Shown here: positions 1 to 10,701 of the stretch, piece after piece
Layout: each line of letters opens with the position of its first letter
Numbering within the stretch: position 1 is the first letter of the stretch
Source: the human T2T-CHM13v2.0 reference genome, Homo sapiens
Direction: 5' to 3' (one strand)
Assembly: GCF_009914755.1 (NCBI RefSeq)
Contig: NC_060948.1
Length of the DNA stretch: 64,000 nucleotides
Translations under genes and position numbers: made by a program
Notes under the pieces: model-generated
Database searches by the model: none
What the model saw: only the letters and a program-made list of their open reading frames with translations
Told to the model about the DNA's origin: nothing

Positions 1-51
1 TCGAACTGAAGAGACTGGAATGGAATGCACTGGAATGGAAGGGAGTGTAAT

Positions 52-66
52 GGAAGGTTCTCGAAA
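52..66. promoter_or_regulatory. Canonical heat-shock element motif (site A; recurs in each unit)
   Basis: gGAAg gTTCt cGAAa = nGAAn nTTCn nGAAn; motif match only, binding not shown. Confidence 0.55.
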
Positions 67-1067
67 AAAATGGAATCGAATGGAATGGAATTGAATGGAA
101 CGGAATAGAGTCGAATGGAATTGAATGGAATGGAATGGACTAGAGTGAAATGGAATCGAACCACAAGGAATGGACAGGAATAGAATGGTCTCGAATTGAA
201 TGGGATCGTATGGAATGGCATCAAACGGAATGGAATGGACAGCCACGGAATGGAATGCACTCGAATGCAATGGAGTCGAAACTAATGGACTGGAATAGAA
301 TGGACTCGACTGGTACGGACTCCAATGGAATGGAATCGAATGGAAGGGAATCGAACGGAATGGACTCGAAGGGAAAAGACTGCAATGGAAAGGTCTCGAA
401 TGGAATGGAAATTAATGGAATGGATTGGAATCGAATGAAATGGAGTCAAAAGGAATGGAATCGAATGGCAAGAAATCGAATGTAATGGAATCGCAAGGAA
501 TTGATGTGAACGGAACGGAATGGAATGGAATCCAAAGGAATGGAATAGAATGGAATGGAATCGAATGGAAAGGACTCGAATGGAAATCACTCGAATAGAA
601 TGCAATTTAATAAAATAGGATCAAATGTAATGGAATGGAATGGAAAGGAATCGAAACGAAAGGAATGGAGACAGATGGAATGGAATGGAACAGAGAGCAA
701 TGGTATAGAATGGAATGGAATCATCTGGAATGGAATTGAATGGAATGGAATAATATGAAATGGAATGGAATGGAATGGAATGGAATGCCCTTGAATTAAA
801 TGGACTGGACTCGAACAGAGTGGAATGGAAAGTGTTGAGATAGAATGGAATGGACTCCTTTGGAATGGTGTAGTATGCAATGCAATCGACTGGCATGGAA
901 TCAAAAGGAATGTAATGGAATGGATTGGACTGGAATGCAATGGACTCGAATAGATTGGAAACGGAATGCAAAGGAATGGAATGGAATAGTATGGAATGGA
1001 ATGGAAAGGAATCGAGTGGAATAGACTAGAGTGGAATGGAATGGACTGGAAAGCAATGGACTGGAAT

Positions 1068-1082
1068 GGAACTTTCTTGAAT
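1068..1082. promoter_or_regulatory. Canonical heat-shock element motif (site B; recurs in each unit)
   Basis: gGAAc tTTCt tGAAt = nGAAn nTTCn nGAAn; motif match only. Confidence 0.55.
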
Positions 1083-2545
1083 GGACTGGAATCAAACGGA
1101 ATGGAATGCAATGCAATCAAATGGCATGGAATAAAATAGAATGAAAGAGAATCAAATGGAATTGAATTGAATGGAATCGAATGGATTGGAAAGGAATAGA
1201 ATGGAATGGAATGGAATTGACTCAAATGGAATGGACTAGAATGGAATGGATTCGAATGGAAGGCAAAGGAATGGAATCTATTGGAATGGACTGTAATGGA
1301 ATGGAATGGAAGGGATTGGAATGGACTCGAATGGAATGGACTGCAATAGAAAGGATTCGAATGGAATGAAAAAGAATTGAATGGAATAGAACAGAATGGA
1401 ATCAAATCGAATGAAATGGAATGGAATAGAAAGGAATGGAATGAAATGGAATGGAAAGGATTCGAATGGAATGCAATCGAATGGAATGGAATCGAACGGA
1501 ATGGAATAAAATGGAAGAAAACAGGCAAGAAATGGAATCGAAAGGAATGGAGTGTTATGGAACGGACTCAAAAGGAATTGAATGTAATAGAATGGAGTGG
1601 AGTGGACTCGAATATAATGGACTGGAATGGAATGAAATCACATGGAATGGGAACGAATGGAATGGAATGGAAAGGAATGGAATCGAATGGAAAGGAATCA
1701 AATGGAAGGGAATGAAATTGAATCAACAGGAATGGAAGGGAATAGAATAGACGGTAATGGAATGGACTCGAATAGAATGGACACGAATGCTCAAATTGAA
1801 TGGACTCGAATGGAATGGAAACGAAAGGAATGTCATCGAATGGAATTGAATCGATTGGAATGAAATCGCATAGAATGGAGTGGAATCAAATGGAATTGAA
1901 TCGAAAGGAAAGGAAGCGAATGGACTGAAATGAAATGGAATGGAATTGAATGGAAAGTAATGCAATGGAATAGAAGGGAACGAAATTTCACGGAATGGAA
2001 TCAAACTGAATGGAATCAAATCAATGGAATCAAATCAAACGGAATGGAAAGGAATTGAATGGAGTAGATTGGATTGGATGGGATTGGAATGTAATGTACT
2101 GGAAAGGACTCGAATTTCATGAAACGGAATGGAATGAATTGGAACGGAATGGACTCGAATGGAATGGAATGTCATGGAATGGCATCAAATGGAATGGCAT
2201 CAAATGGAATGGAATCGAATGCAATGGAATGCTATGGAATGGAATGGAATGCATTGGAATGGAATGTCCTCTAATGGAATGGATTCGAGTGGAATGGAAT
2301 CGAATATAATGGAGTCGAATGAAATGGAATTGAAAGGAATGGGATCGAATACAATGGAATATACTGGAATGTAATGTAATGAACTCGAATGTAATTGACT
2401 GGAATGGAATGTACATGAATGGAATGTAATCGAAAGGAAAGTAATCCAATGGAATAGAATCTAATGCAGTAAAATCGACTCAGATAGAGTAGAATGTAAT
2501 GGAATGGAGTGCAGTGCAATGCAATAGAATGGAATGGAATGCAAT

Positions 2546-2590
2546 GGAATGGAATGGAATGGAATGGAATGGAATGGAATGGAATGGAAT
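2546..2590 (+). repeat. Pure (GGAAT)9 tract, the length-variable core present in each unit
   Basis: Nine uninterrupted GGAAT; the homologous tract has 12 copies at 9683-9742 and 7 at 13257-13291. Confidence 0.9.
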
Positions 2591-2819
2591 GGGATGGAAT
2601 GGTATGGAATGGATAGTAATGGACTGGAGTGAAATGGACTGCAAAGGAATGGACTCAAATTGAAAGGGCTCGAAAGGAATGGAGTCAAATGGAATGGTCT
2701 GGAATGGAATGAACACGAATGTAATGCAATCCAATAGAATGGAATCGAATGGCATGGAATATAAAGAAATGGAATCGAAGAGAATGGAAACAAATGGAAT
2801 GGAATTGAATGGAATGGAA

Positions 2820-2973
2820 TTGAATGGAATGGGAACGAATGGAGTGAAATTGTATGCAGTAGAAGGGAATAGAATGGAATGCAAGCGAAAGGAAAGGAAT
2901 GGATTGGAATGGAATGGAATTCATTGGAATGGAAGGGAATGTAGTGTAATGGACAGGCCTGGAATAAAGTGGA
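2820..2973. other. DYZ1 diagnostic segment: Y1.2/Y1.1 sexing amplicon containing EcoRI (2917-2922) and HaeIII/StuI (2955-2960) sites
   Basis: TTGAATGGAATGGGAACGAATGG at 2820-2842 and GGACAGGCCTGGAATAAAGTGGA at 2951-2973 (reverse complement of TCCACTTTATTCCAGGCCTGTCC). Primer identity is from memory; the span is 154 bp here. Confidence 0.8.
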
Positions 2974-3330
2974 ATGCTACGGTCTCGAATGGAATAAAAA
3001 TGTATGGAATGGAATGCAATGAAACGGAATCGAATGTCATAGAATGTAATGGAATGCAAAAAAATGGAATCCAAAATCATTGACTGGAAAGGCTGGGTGT
3101 CGAAAGGAATTGACTCCAATGGAATGGAATCGAATGGAATGGAAGTGAATAGAATCGAACTAAATCGAATGGAATGGAATTGATAGGAACGGAATGGAAA
3201 GGAATGCAATGATTTGGCACGGAATGGAATCGAATGGCATCGAATGGAATGGAATGGAATGCAATGGAATGGAACGTATTAGAATGTAATGAACTTTAAT
3301 GGAATGTACTCGAATGGATTCGACTGGAAT

Positions 3331-3345
3331 GGAATGTTCTGGAAG
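3331..3345. promoter_or_regulatory. Canonical heat-shock element motif (site C; recurs in each unit)
   Basis: gGAAt gTTCt gGAAg = nGAAn nTTCn nGAAn; motif match only. Confidence 0.55.
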
Positions 3346-3559
3346 TGAATGGACTCCAATGGAATGGATTCAAAAGGAATGGAATCGTACGGAATGGAAA
3401 CTAATGGAATGGAATTAAATGGAAATGAATCAAATTGAATAGCATGGAATTGAATTGAATGGAATCGAATGCAATGGAATCTAATGAAACGGAAAGGAAA
3501 GGAATGGAATGGAATGGAATGGGCTGGAATGGAAAGGAATCGAAACGAATGGAACGGAA

Positions 3560-6500
3560 TCGAACTGAAGAGACTGGAATGGAATGCACTGGAATGGAAG
3601 GGAGTGTAATGGAAGGTTGTCGAAAAAAATGGAATCGAATGGAATGGAATTGAATGGAACGGAATAGAGTCGAATGGAATTGAATGGAATGGAATGGACT
3701 AGAGTGAAATGGAATCGAACCACAAGGAATGGACAGGAATAGAATGGTCTCGAATTGAATGGAATCGTATGGAATGGCATCAAACGGAATGGAATGGACA
3801 GCCACGGAATGGAATGCACTCGAATGCAATGGAGTCGAAACTAATGGACTGGAATAGAATGGACTCGACTGGTACGGACTCCAATGGAATGGAATCGAAT
3901 GGAAGGGAATCGAACGGAATGGACTCGAAGGGAAAAGACTGCAATGGAAAGGTCTCGAATGGAATGGAAATAAATGGAATGGAATGGAATCGAATGAAAT
4001 GGAGTCAAAAGGAATGGAACCGAATGGCAAGAAATCGAATGTAATGGAATCGCAAGGAATTGATGTGAACGGAACGGAATGGAATGGAATCCAAAGGAAT
4101 GGAATAGAATGGAATGGAATCGAATGGAAAGGACTCGAATGGAAATCACTCGAATAGAATGCAATTTAATAAAATAGGACCAAATGTAATGGAATGGAAT
4201 GGAAAGGAATCGAAACGAAAGGAATGGAGACAGATGGAATGGAATGGAACAGAGAGCAATGGTATAGAATGGAATGGAATCATCTGGAGTGGAATTGAAT
4301 GGAATGGAATAATATGAAATGGAATGGAATGGAATGGAATGGAATGCCCTTGAATTAAATGGACTGGAATGGAATGGACTCGAACAGAGTGGAATGGAAA
4401 GTGTTGAGATAGAATGGAATGGACTCGTTTGGAATGGTCTAGTAGGCAATGCAATCGACTGGCAGGGAATCAAAAGGAATGTAATCGAATGGATTGGACT
4501 GGAATGCAATGGACTCGAATAGATTGCAAACGGAATGCAAAGGAATGGAATGGAATAGTATGGAATGGAATGGAAAGGAATGGAGTGGAATAGAGTAGAG
4601 TGGAATGGAATGGACTGGAAAGAAATGGACTGGAATGGAACTTTCTTGAATGGACTGGAATCAAACGGAATGGAATGCAATGCAATCAAATGGCATGGAA
4701 TAAAATAGAATGAAAGAGAATCAAATGGAATTGAATCGAATGGAATCGAATGGATTGGAAAGGAATAGAATGGAATGGAATGGAATTGACTCAAATGGAA
4801 TGGACTAGAATGGAATGGATTCGAATGGAAGGCAAAGGAATGGAATCTATTGGAATGGACTGTAATGGAATGGAATGGAAGGGATTGGAATGGACTCGAA
4901 TGGAATGGACTGCAATAGAAAGGATTCGAATGGAATGAAAAAGAATTGAATGGAATAGAACAGAATGGAATCAAATCGAATGAAATGGAATGGAATAGAA
5001 AGGAATGGAATGAAATGGAATGGAAAGGATTCGAATGGAATGCAATCGAATGGAATGGAATCGAACGGAATGGAATAAAATGGAAGAAAACTGGCAAGAA
5101 ATGGAATCGAAATGAATGGAGTGTTATGGAACGGACTCAAAAGGAATTGAATGTAATAGAATGGAGTGGAGTGGACTCGAATATAATGGACTGGAATGGA
5201 ATGAAATCACATGGAATGGGAACGAATGGAATGGAATGGAAAGGAATGGAATCGAATGGAAAGGAATCGAATGGAAGGGAATGAAATTGAATCAACAGGA
5301 ATGGAAGGGAATAGAATAGACGGTAATGGAATGGACTCGAATTGAATGGACACGAATGCTCAAATTGAATGGACTCGAATGGAATGGAAACGAAAGGAAT
5401 GTCATCGAATGGAATTGAATCGATTGGAATGAAATCGCATAGAATGGAGTGGAATCAAATGGAATTGAATCGAAAGGAAAGGAAGCGAATGGACTGAAAT
5501 GAAATGGAATGGAATTGAATGGAAAGTAATGCAATGGAATAGATTGGAACGAAATTTCACGGAATGGAATCAAACTGAATGGAATCAAATCAATGGAATC
5601 TAATCAAATGGAATGGAAAGGAATTGAATGGAGTAGATTGGATTGGATGGGATTGGAATGAAATGTACTGCAAAGGACTCGAATTTCATGAAACGGAATG
5701 GAATGAATTGGAACGGAATGGACTCGAATGGAATGGAATGTCATGGAATGGCATCAAATGGAATGGCATCAAATGGAATGGAATCGAATGCAATGGAATG
5801 CTATGGAATGGAATGGAATGCATTGGAATGGAATGTCCTCTAATGGAATGGATTCGAGTGCAATGGAATCGAATATAATGGAGTCGAATGAAATGGAATT
5901 GAAAAGAATGTGATCGAATACAATGGAATATACTGGAATGTAATGTAATGAACTCGAATGTAATTGACTGGAATGGAATGTACATGAATGGAATGTAATC
6001 GAATGGAAAGTAATCCAATGGAACAGAATCTAATGCAATAAAATCGACTCAAATAGAGTAGAATGTAATGGAATGGAGTGCAGTGCAATGGAATGGAATG
6101 GAATGGAATGCAATGGAATGGAATGGAATGGAATGGAATGGAATGTAATTTAATGGAATGGGATGGAATGGTATGGAATGGATAGTAATGGACTGGAGTG
6201 AAATGGACTGGAAAGGAATGGACTCAAATTGAAAGGGCTCGAAAGGAATGGAGTCAAATGGAATGGTCTGGAATGGAATGAACACGAATGTAATGCAATC
6301 CAATAGAATGGAATCGAATGGCATGGAATATAAAGAAATGGAATCGAAGAGAATGGAAACAAATGGAATGGAATTGAATGGAATGGAATTGAATGGAATG
6401 GGAACGAATGGAGTGAAATTGTATGCAGTAGAAGGGAATAGAATGGAATGCAAGCGAAAGGAAAGGAATGGATTGGAATGGAATGGAATTCATTGGAATG

Positions 6501-7128
6501 GAAGGGAATGTAGTGTAATGGACAGGTCTGGAATAAAGTGGAATGCTACGGTCTCGAATGGAATAAAAATGTATGGAATGGAATGCAATGAAACGGAATC
6601 GAATGTCATAGAATGTAATGGAATGCAAAAAAATGGAATCCAAAATCATTGACTGGAAAGGCTGGGTGTCGAAAGGAATTGACTCCAATGGAATGGAATC
6701 GAATGGAATGGAAGTGAATAGAATCGAACTAAATCGAATGGAATGGAATTGATAGGAACGGAATGGAAAGGAATGCAATGATTTGGCATGGAATGGAATC
6801 GAATGGCATCGAATGGAATGGAATGGAATGCAATGGAATGGAAAGTATTAGAATGTAATGAACTTTAATGGAATGTACTCGAATGGATTCGACTGGAATG
6901 GAATGTTCTGGAAGTGAATGGACTCCAATGGAATGGATTCCAAAGGAATGGAATCGTACGGAATGGAATCTAATGGAATGGAATTAAATGGAAATGAATC
7001 AAGTTGAATAGCACGGAATTGAATTGAATGGAATGGAATGCAATGGAATCTAATGAAACGGAAAGGAAAGGAATGGAATGGAATGGAATGGGCTGGAATG
7101 GAAAGGAATCGAAACGAATGGAATGGAA
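3560..7128 (+). repeat. DYZ1 unit 2 (3569 bp), HaeIII site lost
   Basis: Landmark spacing; GGTC instead of GGCC at 6525-6528. Confidence 0.92.
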
Positions 7129-10100
7129 TCGAACTGAAGAGACTGGAATGGAATGCACTGGAATGGAAGGGAGTGTAATGGAAGGTTCTCGAAAAAAATG
7201 GAATCGAATGGAATGGAATTGAATGGAACGGAATAGAGTCGAATGGAATTGAATGGAATGGAATGGACTAGAGTGAAATGGAATCGAACCACAAGGAATG
7301 GACAGGAATAGAATGGTCTCGAATTGAATGGAATCGTATGGAATGGCATCAAACGGAATGGAATGGACAGCCACGGAATGGAATGCACTCGAATGCAATG
7401 GAGTCGAAACTAATGGACTGGAATAGAATGGACTCGACTGGTACGGACTCCAATGGAATGGAATCGAATGGAAGGGAATCGAACGGAATGGACTCGAAGG
7501 GAAAAGACTGCAATGGAAAGGTCTCGAATGGAATGGAAATTAATGGAATGGAATGGAATCGAATGAAATGGAGTCAAAAGGAATGGAATCGAATGGCAAG
7601 AAATCGAATGTAATGGAATCGCCAGGAATTGATGTGAATGGAACGGAATGGAATGGAATCCAAAGGAATGGAATAGAATGGAATGGAATCGAATGGAAAG
7701 GACTCGAATGGAAATCACTCGAATAGAATGCAATTTAATAAAATAGGATCAAATGTAATGGAATGGAATGGAAAGGAATCGAAACGAAAGGAATGGAGAC
7801 AGATGGAATGGAATGGAACAGAGAGCAATGGTATAGAATGGAATGGAATCATCTGGAATGGAATTGAATGGAATGGAATAATATGAAATGGAATGGAATG
7901 GAATGGAATGGAATGCCCTTGAATTAAATGGACTGGAATGGAATGGACTCGAACAGAGTGGAATGGAAAGTGTTGAGATAGAATGGAATGGACTCCTTTG
8001 GAATGGTGTAGTATGCAATGCAATCGACTGGCAGGGAATCAAAAGGAATGTAATGGAATGGACTGGACTGGAATGCAATGGACTCGAATAGATTGGAAAC
8101 GGAATGCAAAGGAATGGAATGGAATAGTATGGAATGGAATGGAAAGGAATGGAGTGGAATAGACTAGAGTGGAATGGAATGGACTGGAAAGCAATGGACT
8201 GGAATGGAACTTTCTTGAATGGACTGGAATCAAACGGAATGGAATGCAATGCAATCAAATGGCATGGAATAAAATAGAATGAAGAAAATGAAATGGAATT
8301 GAATCGAATGGAATCGAATGGATTGGAAAGGAATAGAATGGAATGGAATGGAATTGACTCAAATGGAATGGACTAGAATGGAATGGATTCGAATGGAAGG
8401 CAAAGGAATGGAATCTATTGGAATGGACTGTAATGGAATGGAATGGAAGGGATTGGAATGGACTCGAATGGAATGGACTGCAATAGAAAGGATTCGAATG
8501 GAATGAAAAAGAATTGAATGGAATAGAACAGAATGGAATCAAATCGAATGAAATGGAATGGAATAGAAAGGAATGGAATGAAATGGAATGGAAAGGATTC
8601 GAATGGAATGCAATCGAATGGAATGGAATCGAACGGAATGGAATAAAATGGAAGAAAACTGGCAAGAAATGGAATCGAAATGAATGGAGTGTTATGGAAC
8701 GGACTCAAAAGGAATTGAATGTAATAGAATGGAGTGGAGTGGACTCGAATATAATGGACTGGAATGGAATGAAATCACATGGAATGGGAACGAATGGAAT
8801 GGAATGGAAAGGAATGGAATCGAATGGAAAGGAATCGAATGGAAGGGAATGAAATTGAATCAACAGGAATGGAAGGGAATAGAATAGACGGTAATGGAAT
8901 GGACTCGAATAGAATGGACACGAATGCTCAAATTGAATGGACTCGAATGGAATGGAAACGAAAGGAATGTCATCGAATGGAATTGAATCGATTGGAATGA
9001 AATCGCATAGAATGGAGTGGAATCAAATGGAATTGAATCGAAAGGAAAGGAAGCGAATGGACTGAAATGAAATGGAATGGAATTGAATGGAAAGTAATGC
9101 AATGGAATAGAATGGAACGAAATTTCACGGAATGGAATCAAACTGAATGGAATCAAATCAATGGAATCAAATCAAATGGAATGGAAAGGAATTGAATGGA
9201 GTAGATTGGATGGGATGGGATTGGAATGAAATGTACTGGAAAGGACTCGAATTTCATGAAACGGAATGGAATGAATTGGAACGGAATGGATTCGAATGGA
9301 ATGGAATGTCAGGGAATGGCATCAAATGGAATGGCATCAAATGGAATGGAATCGAATGCAATGGAATGCTATGGAATGGAATGGAATGCATTGGAATGGA
9401 ATGTCCTCTAATGGAATGGATTCGAGTGGAATGGAATCGAATATAATGGAGTCGAATGAAATGGAATTGAAAGGAATAGGATCGAATACAATGGAATATA
9501 CTGGAATGTAATTTAATGAACTCGAATGTAATTGACTGGAATGGAATGTACATGAATGGAATGTAATCGAATGGAAAGTAATCCAATGGAATAGAATCTA
9601 ATGCAATAAAATCGACTCAGATAGAGTAGAATGTAATGGAATGGAGTGCAGTGCAATGGAATGGAATGGAATGGAATGCAATGGAATGGAATGGAATGGA
9701 ATGGAATGGAATGGAATGGAATGGAATGGAATGGAATGGAATGGTGTGGAATGGATAGTAATGGACTGGAGTGAAATGGACTGGAAAGGAATGGACTCAA
9801 ATTGAAAGGGCTCGAAAGGAATGGAATCAAATGGAATGGTCTGGAATGGAATGAACACGAATGTAATGCAATCCAATAGAATGGAATCGAATGGCATGGA
9901 ATATAAAGAAATGGAATCGAAGAGAATGGAAACAAATGGAATGGAATTGAGTGGAATGGAATTGAATGGAATGGGAACGAATGGAGTGAAATTGTATGCA
10001 GTAGAAGAGAATAGAATGGAATGCAAGCGAAAGGAAAGGAATGGATTGGAATGGAATGCAATTCATTGGAATGGAAGGGAATGTAGTGTAATGGACAGGC

Positions 10101-10701
10101 CTGGAATAAAGTGGAATGCTACGGTCTCGAATGGAATAAAAATGTATGGAATGGAATGCAATGAAACGGAATCGAATGTCATAGAATGTAATGGAATGCA
10201 ACAAAATGGAATCCAAAATCATTGACTGGAAAGGCTGGGTGTCGAAAGGAATTGACTCCAATGGAATGGAATCGAATGGAATGGAAGTGAATAGAATCGA
10301 ACTAAATCGAATGGAATGGAATTGATAGGAACGGAATGGAAAGGAATGCAATGATTTGGCATGGAATGGAATCGAATGGCATCGAATGGAATGGAATGGA
10401 ATGCAATGGAATGGAATGTATTAGAATGTAATGAACTTTAATGGAATGTACTCGAATGGATTCGACTGGAATGGAATGTTCTGGAAGTGAATGGACTCCA
10501 ATGGAATGGATTCCAAAGGAATGGAATCGTACGGAATGGAATCTAATGGAATGGAATTAAATGGAAATGAATCAAATTGAATAGCACGGAATTGAATTGA
10601 ATGGAATGGAATGCAATGGAATCTAATGAAACGGAAAGGAAAGGAATGGAATGGAATGGAATGGGCTGGAATGGAAAGGAATCGAAACGAATGGAATGGA
10701 A
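7129..10701 (+). repeat. DYZ1 unit 3 (3573 bp), 1-bp out-of-register deletion, EcoRI site lost
   Basis: Landmark spacing; GAAGAAAATGAAAT at 8281; CAATTC at 10059-10064. Confidence 0.92.

Larger units (their letters stand above)
1..3559 (+). repeat. DYZ1 unit 1 (3559 bp; units counted from TCGAACTGAAGAGACT)
   Basis: Landmark at 1, next at 3560; 10-bp deletion near 808. Confidence 0.92.

Noticed and set aside
150-485. Plus-strand M/E/W/N/G-rich ORFs recurring in each unit
   Set aside because: These are translations of (GGAAT)n, which supplies an ATG every 5 bp. Copies are freely broken by stops (e.g. TAA near 28683, TGA near 11178).
605-620. AATAAA polyadenylation-like signal in TTTAATAAAATAGG (also ~1130, ~1505, ~2963)
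   Set aside because: It arises readily from GGAAT degeneration, and the sequence offers no downstream element or transcript evidence.
2111-2125. CGAATTTCATGAAAC as a fourth heat-shock element
   Set aside because: The first GAA and the TTC are one base out of HSE spacing, so only a two-pentamer TTCnnGAA is present.
3841-5097. 418-aa minus-strand ORF and the recurrent 200-313-aa F/H/S/I/P-rich ORFs
   Set aside because: (CATTC)n translates to FHSIP repeats with no stop codon in any frame. ORF limits vary between units with 5-bp indels, and there is no domain-like sequence.
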